DNA from: Haliotis cracherodii | Lineage: Eukaryota | Length of the DNA stretch: 64,000 bases | Assembly (NCBI RefSeq): GCF_022045235.1 | Contig: NW_027266290.1 | Location: forward strand, 2,542,001 to 2,606,000 | Direction of reading: 5' to 3' | Part shown: positions 14,215 through 27,094 of the stretch, in pieces | Layout of the letters: the number at the start of each line of letters is the position of its first letter | Position numbering within the stretch: position 1 is the stretch's first letter | Program-made: the position numbers and the translations under genes | Notes under the pieces: generated by a model | The model's input: the letters and a program-made list of their open reading frames with translations, nothing else | The model's database searches: none | What the model was told of the DNA's origin: nothing

Positions 14215-15165
14215 TCTTCAATCTATCATCTATGCTTCTCTCCATCATTTCATATCCATTCTTCCATCTATCCATCTCATCCTTCATCTATCCATCTCAT
14301 CCTTTATCTATTGATTTTTCCATCTCGCCATCTATCCCTCTCTGCATCGATCATCTCTATTCTCCATTCTACCATCTATCCATTCTACCATTTATCTATT
14401 CTTCAACTCTCATCTATCCATCCTTCATCAGTTCATCTATCCATTCTTCCATCTCTCTATTCTTCAACTATGCATCTCTACATCCTTCATCAGTTCATCT
14501 ATCCATTCTTCCATCTATCTATTCTTCAACTCTCCATCTCTCCATCCTTCATCAGTTCATCTGGGCGGTCGGGTAGCCTTGTGGTTAAAGCGTTCGCTCG
14601 TCACGCCGAAGATCCGGGTTCGATTCCCAAAGTGTGAAGCCCATTTGTGGTGTCCCCCGCCGTGATATTGCTGGAATATTGCTGAAAGCGGCGTAAAACC
14701 ATACTCACTCACTCACTCGTCAGTTCATCTATCCATTCTTCCATCTATCCATTCTTCAACTCTCATCTCTCTATCCTTCATCAGTTCAACTAGCCACTCT
14801 TCCATCTAGCCATTCTTCCATTTATCTATTCTTCAACTCTCCATCTATCCATCCTTCATCAGTCCATCTAGCCATTCTTCCATCTATCTATTCTTCCATC
14901 TATCCATTCTTCCATCCTTCAACTCTCCATCTATCCATCCTTCATCAGTCCATCTCGCCATTCTTCCATCTATCTATTCTTCCATCTATCCATTCTTCCA
15001 TCCTTCAACTCTCCATCTATCCATCCTTCATCAGTCCATCTCTCAATCCTTCATCAGTCCATCTATCTATTCTTCAGCTCTCCATCTATCCATCCTTCAT
15101 CAGTCCATCTAGCCATTCTTCCATGTATCCATCCTTCCATCTATCCGTCTATGCCTCTCCATCCT
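14215..15165. repeat. CCAT/CTAT-rich low-complexity satellite
   Basis: ccatctatccatccttcatcagt-like units. Confidence 0.85.
14563..14718 (+). mobile_element. SINE family A copy inserted in a simple-repeat tract
   Basis: Same head and tail; flanking tcagttcatct duplication. Confidence 0.88.
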
Positions 15166-15347
15166 TCTGTCATTTTAAACATCAAATACTGCCATTCTGA
15201 GTACACCAGTACTTATGTGAAAGTCCAAAGGCTGTGTCTTTCATTTGCCGAAAAATAAAGGACCAAGCCAATGTATTATGTTGCCAAGTTTTAGGCCACG
15301 CCTCGCCACAGTCTTGTAATTCTTATAGATTTCTTTTACAATTTTAG

Positions 15348-15454
15348 ATGATTTGAAACACAGTCATAAGGAGAATATCGAGGCGATGAAGAAGAAGATT
15401 GGACAGCTGAAGTCTGAGCTGAGAGACGAAGTAAAGTACGAGGAGGCAAGAGTG
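15348..15454 (+). CDS. BCR/ABR: BCR/ABR-like exon, coiled-coil insert in PH (DLKHSHKENIEAMKKKIGQLKSELRDE...)
   Basis: ttttag|/|gtgagt; phase 1/0; not in the ORF track. Confidence 0.88.
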
Positions 15455-15456
15455 GT

Positions 15457-16188
15457 GAGTCACTTCACGTAGCACTTCACTCTGGGAGTCACTTCACATA
15501 GCACTTCACTCTGGGAGTCACTTCACATAGCACTTCACTCTGGGAGTCACTTCACACAGCACTTCACTCTGGGAGTCACTTCACACAGCACTTCACTCTG
15601 GGATTTATTTCACATAGCACTTCACTCTGGGAGTCACTTCACATAGCACTTCACTCTGGGAGTCACTTCACATAGCACTTCACTCTGGGAGTCACTTCAC
15701 ACAGCACTTCACTCTGGGAGTCACTTCACATAGCACTTCACTCTGGGAGTCACTTCACATAGCACTTCACTCTGAGAGTCACTTCACATAGCACTTCACT
15801 CTGGGAGTCACTTCACACAGCACTTCACTCTGGGAGTCACTTCACATAGCACTTCACTCTGGGAGTCACTTCACATAGCACTTCACTCTGAGAGTCACTT
15901 CACGTAGCACTTCACTCTGGGAGTCACTTCACATAGCACTACACTCTGGGAGTCACTTCACATAGCACTTCACTCTGGGAGTCACTTCACATAGCACTTC
16001 ACTCTGGGAGTCACTTCACATAGCACTTCACTCTGGGAGTCACTTCACGTAGCACTTCACTCTGGGAGTCACTTCACATAGCACTTCACTCTGGGAGTCA
16101 CTTCACATAGCACTTCACTCTGGGAGTCACTACACATAGCACTTCACTCTGGGAGTCACTACACATAGCACTTCACTCTGAGAGTCAC
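15457..16188. repeat. 29-bp minisatellite, about 25 copies
   Basis: gagtcacttcacatagcacttcactctgg. Confidence 0.96.
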
Positions 16189-16416
16189 AGAATAGGGAAC
16201 ATGACCAGAATTCGGGAGTGGCATCCTTATAAATATATATTTGTTTGAAATCTTTTTAGACTTTTTGTCCCAGTACTTATAGATATGTTCAGCTGAACAA
16301 AAACAACATCTGAAAAGCTCGGTATTTTTATTCTGGCAAATACAAACTTGTGTGAGGAACAGAAAGTCCATCTGCTCACCAGGTTTGTTTGTAAAATATA
16401 TCTGTAACAAGAACAA

Positions 16417-16976
16417 TCTCATTAAAGTCAGATCTAAGTTCTTGCTGCTGCTAAACAAAGATCCCATTACGGGTCACGTCAGAACGACCTTTTGCGAACT
16501 TTGAGCGACCACTGAAATAACTAACAAGAAGTCGACATCAGCCAATTAGAAAGCAGTTTTCTCGGGCTTTACGGCACTCATTTCAACCTGGCGACTTCCA
16601 TTTCAGACTGCGCTTGAAAAATATGTTGACACAGTTCTCGATAAAATTTTGAAAACTGAACAAACAAACATTCTGGAATGTCTAACATATGGTTGAACTT
16701 GTATGGCAGTACTTCCCACGTACTGTGCACAGAAGCGAGAGATAGAAGATAATTTTGACGTATTCAGTCGTACGGGCCGTAATTGTCATTCGGAATACAC
16801 AGTGTTAATGTTTTCGAGTTGCATGATTAGAAAACACATTCCGACTGTCACTTTCATGATCTGGTAAGCAGCGCTTTGATTGGTCGGATGAAAGGTCGTT
16901 CTGACGTGACCCGTAATGGGATGTCCTCAGATCTTTGTTTATCGATAGCGAGAACTAAGATCTGATTCTAATGAGA
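16417..16976. mobile_element. MITE/foldback element with long terminal inverted repeats
   Basis: Perfect inverted cccattacgggtcacgtcagaacgaccttt core within imperfect arms of about 75 bp. Confidence 0.8.
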
Positions 16977-17159
16977 AAGGTCTGGCGTTTGGTATCAGTG
17001 TGCCAACATTGTCTCTTGATCACCCCGACCTGCTCAGTGGTCTAGTGGTAGAGCGTCTGCCCCCAGCTGTGTCACACCGAAAAATGTTAAAAGGTGGTAC
17101 TTTTTGTTACCCTCCCTGCGCTCATCATTAAAGGAATGACGCAAGGACTTGTTGGCTTG

Positions 17160-17433
17160 GAGTGACTGAGTTGTGTTTAACTCCGCTTTTATTAGTATTC
17201 CAGTTATATCGCAGCATGTCAGCTTAATGTGGGAGGAATGCCCGAGGTGATGCAGGTCTCAGACCTTTACCACTTCAGTGAAACCCAGGAGCACGGTATG
17301 GTGCTGACAAACCTAGAATCATCATCGGGGCGAACCGGGATTCAAACCCACAATCATAGGTTTCTGGCATGCCCAAGGGCGGCAACTCTGCACATTGAAT
17401 CGCGTCGCCTTAGACGACTGGGCCACCTGTGCT
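17160..17433 (-). mobile_element. SINE family B copy
   Basis: Reverse complement of the 32174 copy. Confidence 0.85.
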
Positions 17434-17499
17434 CCTGGTTGGCTTGGAGTTTGTTGGCTATTTGTGTTGTTGGGAGATGAGCAAAATCTCTCAACATGT

Positions 17500-17810
17500 A
17501 ACCGCCTCCTTGGTCTAGTGGTAGAGCGTCCGCCTGGAGAGTGGAAGGTCCGGGGTTCGATCCCTGGACGCGTCATACCAAAAGATGTTAAAAGATGGTA
17601 CCTGTTGTTACCCTGTCTGGCGCTCGGCATTAAGGGGCTAAAACAAGGACTGGTCGGCTCGGAGTCAGTATACTGTGTCTGAGTGGTGTATTCATGTTAA
17701 ACTGCGGCATGGCATCTTAGTGAGCTTGCACTTAAAGACAAGGATTGCATCATGACAGGATCTCCTCCCATAACAAGACGAAATGTTGTGATATCATTGA
17801 AATATTCCTC
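17500..17810 (+). mobile_element. tRNA-derived SINE family D; internally deleted copy at about 17023-17135
   Basis: A box tggtctagtgg, B box ggttcgatccc, then gtcataccaaaagatgttaaaagatggtac. Confidence 0.72.
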
Positions 17811-17858
17811 GCAGCTGCTTTGTATCTCCAAGCCTCATCTCATGTTGTTGTCTTTCAG

Positions 17859-17933
17859 TCGAAGCACTGGTCCATCAGTGGGCTAGCTGCCGCCCGCAGT
17901 GTGGACAAGCTGAAGAGGAAGATCCATGAACTG
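17859..17933 (+). CDS. BCR/ABR: BCR/ABR-like exon (SKHWSISGLAAARSVDKLKRKIHEL)
   Basis: tttcag|/|gtaggt; phase 0/0. Confidence 0.85.
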
Positions 17934-18499
17934 GTAGGTACTCAGAGGGACCACGCGCAGGGCCCGTGGAGTGTCAGTGTTGGACATGCTCGCTGGTTTT
18001 CCTAAGTTGTGAACATTAATTACTTGCATCACTTAAGGCTTTCATCCATCACTTGAGAGTTATTCCCTGAAAAGCCATATTTAACCCAACTTGTTTTGAA
18101 CCCATCCACTCGTACACTTCCTCACTCACCCATCCACACCTACTTTTACTCACCCCCTCCCCACCCCCCCTCCCTGCACCTATCTTCAAGTGGTGTAATG
18201 ATACGATGTTGTAATTTGCCTGCCAAGTACTGTCCATATTGTTACGTCTCTACCATATACCCACCAACTCAAAAATAACAATCCACCCTCACTAAGTCAC
18301 TCTAAGAAACACCCATTCATTCATTCACTCACTCACTCACTCACTCACTCACTCACTCACTCACTCACTCACTCACTCACTCAGACTAAAACTCACCCAC
18401 CCACCCTCACTCACCCACTAAATCACCCATTCTCTGTCTCAGTCAAAAAAAATAAAACATTCACTCACTCACTAACTCAATGAGTAAATACTAAGAAGA

Positions 18500-18785
18500 C
18501 CGATGAAGGTCCTGGGTAGAATATGTCTTCAGCAACCCATGCTTGCCGTAAAAGGCGACTATGCTCGTTGCAAGAGGCGACTAACGTGATTGGGTGGTCA
18601 GGCTCGCTGACTTGGTTGATGCAGGTCATCGTATCCCAATTGCGTGGACCGATGCTCATGATGTCAATCACTGGATTGTCTGGCCCAGACTCGATTATTT
18701 ACAGACCACCGTCATATAGCTGGAATATTGCAGAGTGCGGCGTTAAACAACAAACAACAAACAAAACAAAACAAAACAAAACAAA
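18500..18785 (+). mobile_element. Interspersed repeat family C (SINE-like, CAAA tail); other copies near 7156, 8980, 9900, 11680, 13299, 20960, 35980 and in the long array units
   Basis: Shared body gggttagaataggtcttcagcaacccatgct...ctggattgtctggtccagactcgatt...gctggaatattgctgagtgcggcgttaaac. Confidence 0.85.
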
Positions 18786-18850
18786 AACTCACTCACCCAC
18801 TCACCCACCCACTCACTCACTCACTCACTGTCCACTAACTCATGTTGTAG

Positions 18851-18989
18851 GAGGCCCAGCTGATCCTGCAACTGCCCAAGTTGGCGGTCAAGTTGACCCA
18901 CGAGGGGGGGAAGGTCCACACCCTGCTGATGACCACCGACTACGAGAGGGAAGAATGGCTGGAGACCTTGACCTCGCTCTGTAGAAAAT
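18851..18989 (+). CDS. BCR/ABR: BCR/ABR-like exon, end of PH (EAQLILQLPK...TLLMTTDYEREEWLETL)
   Basis: ttgtag|/|gtacgt; PH C-terminal helix DYERxEW. Confidence 0.9.
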
Positions 18990-19200
18990 GTACGTTCAGG
19001 GAGGAAAATGTTGGAATCAGCATCAGATTGTCAGGATAAATGACAAAAAGTCGTTGTTGTACCCCAATGTTAACAATTAAAGATTTAGGGGTGCCATGAA
19101 ATAAACTAATACAGCCAGGACCCTAGGTCCTTGTTTCCTAATTTTGACCACTGGATAATATATCAGTGCATAGACAGGACCTAGTATTTGGGTCACACCA

Positions 19201-19292
19201 GGGCCCACTTGCACAAAGCCATCTTAGCACTAAGATGATCCCCATACTTTAACATAGGCTTACCGCTAAGATTTCTTTGTGCAAGTGGGCCC
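19201..19292. mobile_element. Tiny palindromic MITE; second copy at about 9323-9430
   Basis: TIR gggcccacttgcacaaag / ctttgtgcaagtgggccc. Confidence 0.72.
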
Positions 19293-19576
19293 AGGGATTT
19301 ATCATGGATTCCAATGAGTGACCATGGCCAGAAAATCGGTATAAAAGAAATTTTGATTAAATTTGGGATTTGTTTCAAAGTTGCAGGACTGTAAGAATAT
19401 CTTGATAAATCTTTACAGTTTATTGATACGAATTTCCACAAGATAACAAGATTGGCATACAAATTACTGCAGCATTGATCTTGGCAGAACCCAAACCGTA
19501 GACCATTACATTCCTCAGTGATATGTATGTCACCAGGAGAGGCTGTTTGTCTGATGTTGATGGTGTTCTCATGTAG

Positions 19577-19684
19577 GTGGGCACGATGACCCAAGCCTCA
19601 GCACGTATGAAGTACAGGAACTGGTCAACACCTCGAAGGCCCTACCTCAGGTCAACAAGTTCGGCTCTGTACTTATGCAGAAAG
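19577..19684 (+). CDS. BCR/ABR: BCR/ABR-like exon, PH-C2 linker (GHDDPSLSTYEVQELVNTSKALPQVNKFGSVLMQK)
   Basis: atgtag|/G|gtgagc; phase 1/1. Confidence 0.85.
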
Positions 19685-19711
19685 GTGAGCAGAATGTTCT
19701 GTGGAATTACG

Positions 19712-20946
19712 TCTGTGAGTTGCCCTGTGTGTAATCTTGGTTTGAATTGGTCCACAGCAACCTATGCTGGTCTTTGAGTTGCCCTGTGTGTAATCTTGGT
19801 TTGAATTGGTCCACAGCAACCTATGCTGGTCTTTGAGTTGCCCTGTGTGTAATCTTGGTTTGAATTGGTCCACAGCCACCTATGCTGGTCTGTGAGTTGC
19901 CCTGTGTGTAATCTTGGTTTGTATTGGTCCACAGCCACCTATGCTGGTCTGTGAGTTGCCCTGTGTGTAATCTTGGTTTGAATTGGTCCACAGCAACCTA
20001 TGCTGGTCTTTGAGTTGCCCTGTGTGTAATCTTGGTTTGAATTGGTCCACAGCAACCTATGCTGGTCTGTGAGTTGCCCTGTGTGTAATCTTGGTTTGAA
20101 TTGGTCCACAGCAACCTATGCTGGTCTTTGAGTTGCCCTGTGTGTAATCTTGGTTTGAATTGGTCCACAGCAACCTATGCTGGTCTGTGACTTGCCCTGT
20201 GTGTAATCTTGGTTTGTATTGGTCCACAGCAACCTATGCTAGTCTTTGAGTTGCCCTGTGTGTAATCTTGGTTTGTATTGGTCCACAGCCACCTATGCTA
20301 GTCTTTGAGTTGCCCTGTGTGTAATCTTGGTTTGAATTGGTCCACAGCCACCTATGCTAGTCTTTGAGTTGCCCTGTGTGTAATCTTGGTTTGAATTGGT
20401 CCACAGCCACCTATGCTGGTCTGTGAGTTGCCCTGTGTGTAATCTTGGTTTGTATTGGTCCACAGCAACCTATGCTGGTCTGTGAGTTGCCCCGTGTGTA
20501 ATCTTGGTTTGAATTGGTCCACAGCAACCTATGCTGGTCTGTGAGTTGCCCTGTGTGTAATCTTGGTTTGTATTGGTCCACAGCCACCTATGCTGGTCTT
20601 TGAGTTGCCCTGTGTGTAATCTTGGTTTGAATTGGTCCACTGCAACCTATGCTGGTCTGTGAGTTGCCCTGTGTGTAATCTTGGTTTGTATTGGTCCACA
20701 GCAACCTATGCTAGTCTGTGAGTTGCCCTGTGTGTAATCTTGGTTTGAATTGGTCCACAGCAATCTATGCTGGTCTGTGAGTTGCCCTGTGTGTAATCTT
20801 GGTTTGTATTGGTCCACAGCAACCTATGCTGGTCTGTGAGTTGCCCTGTGTGTAATCTTGGTTGAATTGGTCCACAGCAACCTATGCTAGTCTGTGAGTT
20901 GCCCTGTGTGTAATCTTGGTTTGAATTGGTCCACAGCAATCTATGT
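19712..20946. repeat. 59-bp minisatellite, about 21 copies
   Basis: tgtgagttgccctgtgtgtaatcttggtttgaattggtccacagcaacctatgctggtc. Confidence 0.96.
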
Positions 20947-21598
20947 TGGAAGTGACCCTGACTTGGTTGATGTGTGTCATCGTATCTCAATTGCATGGAT
21001 TGATGCGCATGATGTCAATCATTGGATTGTCTGGTCCAGACCCGATTATTTACAGACCGCCGTCATATTGTTGGAATATTGATGAGTGTGGCGTTAAACA
21101 ACAAACAAACAAACAAACAAGAAGTGACCAAATAGATCGGGTGGTCAGGGTGGTGACTTGAATATGTACTTCGTACCCCAACGGCATTCAATGCTCACAA
21201 TATCAATCACTGGATTGTCTGGCCCAGACTTGATTATTAACAGGCCTCCTATAGCTGGAATGATGCTGAGAGCAGTGTATAGCAACACATACGTGCAAGT
21301 TTCATCACTGAATCGTGTAAGTCTAATGGTATTTCAGATTTTAATCCCTTCTGAACAGTTTCGACCTATGTGAGACTAAGCTACATGTCAGCACAGTAGG
21401 CAGTCATGCTATGATCTATGATGGCTGCATAACCATGTCGAACCCACTTATTAATAGCCTGCTTGATAAAGAAACGTTGCATTGAAGGTTTAAAGAACTT
21501 GAAATCCATCAGTCAACTCTGATACTTCAGCTTCTATATGCCACCCAAAGATATTTTATCAACATAATCGTGACATTTATCATTCTTCATGGCATTCG

Positions 21599-21760
21599 GG
21601 GGAGGTCGGGTAGCCAAGTGGTTAAAGCCTTTGCTTGTCACGACGAAGACCCGGGTTCGAATCCCGACATGGGTATAATGTGTGAAGCCCATTTCTGGTG
21701 TCCACCGACGTGATATTGCTGGAATATTGCTAAAAATGGCGTAAAACGATACTCACTCAC
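21599..21760 (+). mobile_element. SINE family A copy
   Basis: TSD tcatggcattcg. Confidence 0.9.
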
Positions 21761-22024
21761 TCATGGCATTCGTGTAACATATTAAACTTGGTATGGATGT
21801 TTGAGGTTCCCAAATATATCACTTTCATTTTGTATATTATGTTTTACCTCTGAACAATTTCTAGGGTCAATGACCTGAAAAACATACATGGTGAATGTTG
21901 GTAATGTCTGCAGAGGATATTTTGTCATTTACTTAATTCATGGATGATAACAGTGTCAGTTTTAAAAGGACACAGAGGTTTTTATGTGAGGTCATGCTGA
22001 GGTTGTCACTTTGTGGGTTTGCAG

Positions 22025-22093
22025 ATGAGGAGGTGCTGAATGGGACTCTGAACGTCACGGTCCACAAACTGAACGGCCTGGCGACTCCTTGTG
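22025..22093 (+). CDS. BCR/ABR: BCR/ABR-like exon, start of C2 domain (EEVLNGTLNVTVHKLNGLATPC)
   Basis: ttgcag|/G|gtgagt; GxLxVxV first strand of C2. Confidence 0.9.
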
Positions 22094-22548
22094 GTGAGTG
22101 TTCCTAGGCAATACCTGTCTGCTTCAGTAATTGTTCCTCAAATCTTTTAGAAAGCCCCAAAAGACAACACATCAATAAAACTTTCCCTGAATCAAAAACA
22201 CCGCCCCAAAAGACATTACATCCTTAAAATAATTCCATGAATAAGTATCACAGCACCAAAAGATAAGACTTCAATAAAATATTACCCAAATCATCCCTAA
22301 AAAAGTCAGAACATCAATAAAACAATTCCCCGAATCAGTAAAACAGACCAAGAAATATGTCACATCAATAAAACAATTCTCTGAATTAGTGAGACATCCT
22401 TAAGAAGGACAGCACATCAATAAAACAATTCCCTGAATCAGTAAAATAGCCCTAAGAAAGATGGCACATTAATAAAACAATTCCTTGAATCATCAAAACT
22501 TCCCGAAATGACAACACATCGATGTAAACTAAATGTCTGTGGTTTCAG

Positions 22549-22748
22549 ACACCTACTGTTGTGTGGAGATGGACTCGTACGATCATTTCTTCATGAAGGC
22601 ACGGACCAACATCTGTCCGACATCGGCAGACCCGGCGTGGGATGAGGACTTCGAGCTGGAGCTGGACGGGAGTCAGACACTCCGCGTGCTTGTGTACAAG
22701 AAGGTCGACAACCAGTCGGACAGGCTGCTAGGGAGAGGAGCTCTTGAG
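22549..22748 (+). CDS. BCR/ABR: BCR/ABR-like exon, C2 domain (TYCCVEMDSYDHFFMKART...PAWDEDFELELDGSQTLRVLVY)
   Basis: tttcag|/|gtgaga; close match to BCR/ABR C2 FEIELEGSQTLR. Confidence 0.95.
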
Positions 22749-22854
22749 GTGAGAACTTGTTCCATTCTGCCCACGGTACATTGATGTGTTTACGGTCAGG
22801 AGCATTTCGTTGTTCAGATCACCAGTTTCACTTGCGGTCTTTCATTATATTTTA

Positions 22855-23230
22855 GCATTGACTTACGACAGCCATCGTGCTACGTAACTCGTATACTTAA
22901 CATAGACTTAAGACAGCTGTTGCACTACGTAAGTCATGAACTTTAGTATAGACCTCCAACAGGTGGAGTGGTACGTAACTTATTTACTGAAACATAGGTT
23001 TACGACAGCCATCGTGCTACGTAACTCGTATACTTCCAACATAGACTTAAGACAGCTGTTGCACCACGTAAGTCATGTACTTTAGTATAGACTTCCAACA
23101 ATTGGAGTGGTACGTAACTTATTTACTGAAACATAGGTTTACGACAGCCATCGTGCTACGTAAATCATACTTGAACATAGACTTAAGACAGTCGTAGCAC
23201 TACGTAAGTCATGCACTTTAACATAGATTT
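22855..23230. repeat. Minisatellite with ~40-bp subunits and a ~120-bp higher-order period
   Basis: acatagacttaagacag...tacgtaa recurring. Confidence 0.8.
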
Positions 23231-23425
23231 ACAGGAGTCATGTAAAAAGAACTGCTTTGTAACATGGGGCACTGATGTTAGATCCCCGCTTTCATGTGCT
23301 GTACGTGTTTTCTCTGTTAAAAGGGCACTGTAGATAAAAGGGAACAATGACTCCATTGTGGTTTTCGTCTTGAAGTTAGATATTAGTCAAAACAATGACC
23401 ATTCTGATGTGTCTTCTGATTTCAG

Positions 23426-23482
23426 CTGAGTAAATCCTGGCTCAAGACAAATTTTCAAGAAAAGACAATTTCCATGAATGAC
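23426..23482 (+). CDS. BCR/ABR: BCR/ABR-like small exon (LSKSWLKTNFQEKTISMND)
   Basis: tttcag|/|gtaagt; phase 0/0. Confidence 0.85.
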
Positions 23483-23506
23483 GTAAGTACCATTGTTATT
23501 TAAGTA

Positions 23507-23833
23507 CCGTATTTGACGTATTAAGCGCCCAGGGCGCTCTCAAAATAAGAAATAGGGGGCTCTTATTAGAATATTATGTTGGTGAAAAAAACAGAGTTGA
23601 AAGATAAATTTCGTGGTTTATAGTGACAGCCTGAAATGTTTATGTACGACAGATATATTTTTCCAGAATTTAATTGTCCATAATTAAGGGTGCATATAAC
23701 ACACGAGTGTGTATTATACGCTAATGAACAAGTCTTGTGTACATTGATCAATCGGAAGGGTTACTAATTGGGATTGTTCACTAGCCAGTATATCGGCAAA
23801 TATTGCCGTGGGAGCTTATTACGTCGAATACGG
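23507..23833. mobile_element. Tc1/mariner-pogo-type MITE
   Basis: TA|ccgtatttgacgtattaagcgccc ... gggagcttattacgtcgaatacgg|TA. Confidence 0.75.
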
Positions 23834-24247
23834 TAAGCTATTTTGTAGCAAACATTTTTTTACAGGTGTTTTAAACATATCAGTTAAGAGAATGTCAGCA
23901 CTGCAAGGTTGGAAAGGACTCACGTGATTAACCTCTGAAACAAACAAATGAACGTCCATTTCTTAGCTGTCTGCTGAGTCTCTATGTCATGTGGGGGACA
24001 TGAAAGGCCCAATTGTCAAAGGGCGCCTCAATATGCTGTGCAGAGTTGCGTCCCTTGGCACGCCAGAAACCCACGATTGTGGGTTCGACTCTTGGTTCAT
24101 TGGGATTCTGTTTCTAGGTTTGTAAGCACCATACCTATGCCCAAGGGTTTCACCAAAGTGGTATACGTCTTAGACCTGCATCACTTCGGGCTTTCCTCTC
24201 ACATTAAGCGCACACTCTGTCATATAACTGTAATACTGTTCTGTTAA

Positions 24248-24411
24248 AGGGGTGGTCAGGTAGCCTAGTGGTTAGAGCGTTCGCTCGTCACGCCGAAGGC
24301 CCGGGTTCGATTCCCGACATGGGTACAATGTGTGAAGCCAATTTCTGGTGTCCCCCGCCGTGATATTGCTGGAATATTGCTAAAAACATCGTAAAACCAT
24401 ACTCACTCACT
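24248..24411 (+). mobile_element. SINE family A copy
   Basis: Near-identical to the 6269 copy. Confidence 0.88.
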
Positions 24412-24474
24412 GTTATCTTAAAAGTGCCATTAAACCCAAACTCACTCACTCATTCACTGTGTGTCCTGTTCCAG

Positions 24475-24724
24475 GTGTCGTTGGTGATATCAGTGCGTCA
24501 CACCCCAGCTAACCGTACGATGCGTCGGACTCCCTCCCAGCAGAAGACGGGGGTGTTTGGGGTGAAGATCAGCACGTCGGCCCGCCGCGAGGGGAAGACT
24601 GTCCCTTCCATCGTGACAGCCTGCATACAGGAAGTGGAGAAACGAGGCCTGGACGAAACAGGCATATACCGAGTGTCGGGGGTCACGTCCGAGGTGCAGA
24701 GGTTGAAGAAGGCATTTGATAAAA
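24475..24724 (+). CDS. BCR/ABR: BCR/ABR-like exon, start of RhoGAP domain with arginine finger (GVFGVKI...VPSIVTACIQEVEKRGLDETGIYRVSG)
   Basis: ttccag|/A|gtaaga; GIYRVSG motif. Confidence 0.96.
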
Positions 24725-26326
24725 GTAAGAAGCTTGAGAAAGAAAATGTAAAGGATGACAATTACTATTACATTATTGAATGTTAAAAGACCTCTGAATT
24801 TGATCAAATAGGAGCTTCTAAAAAAATTGCAATTTAGAACAAAATTACAATTTTGGAATCGTAGATAAACCCTGTCAGTTTTGGCGTCTGTCTATGGCCC
24901 TCGAGATGCCATGATGGTAGAGTGAATTCTAAGCATCTATGTGTGTAAAAGGGGAGCTGAAATGGGTATTGAATGGCCACAATGGCTGCTGAGGAGAGGA
25001 GGGGCTGGGATGTTTCTAAAAATATCGTCTGACCTAGGAAAAATAGAAAATCAGCAATTATTGCTCCAGCTTTGAATAACCTATATGAGGTTTTTTAAAA
25101 CAAGTCTGGAAGTGTGGTGTGCAGTATGTGGGGTGGGACGGGTTGTCATGGAGACGATATATAGCAGTGGGCATAATGCAGTACTCTATTCATCTATTTT
25201 TAAAGTGGGTTAGGGAATATTGGAACGGAGTTGTCCACCCGTCAGTCTGGCCATCCGTCCGTCCTTCTGGTTCTCCAAGGGGACAAATTTTCTCAAAAAC
25301 CATAAAAGTCAGAAAAATAAATTTTTACACACTGATGTTACTGGTCATGATCTCAAATTTCGAAAATCGAAAATTAATTTTTTACAGAGTGAAAAGTTAG
25401 CTTATCTAAGAAATACTGTAAATCTTGAAATTAATGCATCTCCAAATTAATATGACTGCTGACCCTTAGCCAAAAATGTGACACAATATCAATACGACAC
25501 CGCCCACCCCACCCCATCCCCAGTTGAAAGCTACATATCCTTACCTTATTCCAATCAAACACAAACAGCACCGCTTATTAGCACTGAGTAAAACACTTCT
25601 GTAATAACAATAAATAGTGTTTTCCTAAAAACAACACCCAGTTTATATGTTTATTCTGTTGACTGGCATTCAGGAAGTTCAAAGGCAAGATAATTGAACC
25701 AACAACAGTTCACTGCTTGGTGTGGTCATTGATGCCCAGTTTGACACGAGTGGCTAGAACTCTTGACCCCAGCAGTGATAACTCACTGGATGCCTATTGT
25801 GTAATTACTATTCTTAAAATGACATTGTTATGTACTTGTTACAACTGCTGCTCAATAAACCGTGTTTATGGATATATTCAAGTTGGTATTTCTGCTATCC
25901 AATCTACCAAATCAAAATCACATAAACAAACAAACATCCACCATACCCAGCTCCCTTAGTTCTCCTCCCCAACCCCATCGGCATCTATTCCAAATCTCAA
26001 AAATTCCCAAATTCTATATAAGCAACCCCTAAAGCCCCCTCTTGGGTTGCACACACCACTTTCGCTCCTTTCGGAAACACATTAAATGGCCTGGCTGGGC
26101 CCGTGTGCGAAATACGCATCTGTCGGAAAGCGCACGTTAAATCTCCATAGTAAGTAAGTCTGCTATCCAAAGTGTGCAGTGAGGCTGTCTTATTGTTGAT
26201 AGTCTTTTTGGAGATGTTAATGCAAAGTTAATTAATGCAAGAAAAGACCACTCGCATTTTTCGCATTTAATTCACTCTCGCGTTAATTTCAAGATTTACA
26301 GTACTTATCAAGACATTACTTTCCAG

Positions 26327-26461
26327 ATGTGCGATTAGGGACCAGTCAGGTGACAGACTGCGACATCCATGCCGTCACAGGCATGCTAAAGCTGTACTTC
26401 CGTGAGCTGCCGGAACCTCTCTTCACCGAGGCCAACTACACAAACTTCGTGGAGTCACTAC
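26327..26461 (+). CDS. BCR/ABR: BCR/ABR-like exon, RhoGAP (DIHAVTGMLKLYFRELPEPLFT)
   Basis: ttccag|/C|gtgagt; LKLYFRELPEPL motif. Confidence 0.96.
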
Positions 26462-27094
26462 GTGAGTACTGCTCTTCTGTACATGTGACAGATCCCGTAG
26501 GGACTCTAGGTTAGATTTGGTCCCCGGCGACATGTGAAGGTCGTAAGAGCTGACTTAATGAAACGATTGGTCAGCCGCAGCCTGTGTCATCGTACCCAAG
26601 TCTAGATGAGATGATGCTCGTGATATCAGTCACTGGTTTGTCTGGTCTGGAATTTGTGTTTTTGTTGATTTTGACAGGAGTATATTATGTATTCATTAGA
26701 CCACACTTTTTAATTGATCTTTCACAGATTTATTCCAGCTTTTCCACGCAAGATCAGTAGAAATACAAATAAATAGCTATGTCCTGTTCATTCATTCATT
26801 CATTCATTCATTCATTCATTTGAATGCCATTCTCCCATGGAGTTAAAACTGCAGCTGTCTTCTTGAATCACTGATAGTGATGTGGACATGGTTTATATTT
26901 AACTTAAGGGGATCTTTGAGTCCTTGTGTCCTTGAGGTTTGCTGAGAATTTCATTTTAGGGATCTCTGAAATGTCTGAACTTTTAACTTTGGGTTTATGA
27001 CAGTGACCTATTGACTCCCATGGTTAATTTGGAACACTGAATAGATGTATTTATTTGGTCATGTTTTAATGTGATCGCTGCCCTCCCCTTGCAG

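Noticed and set aside
15457-16188. 29-bp repeats resembling a CRISPR array
   Set aside because: Head-to-tail with no unique spacers, inside a eukaryotic intron, no cas genes
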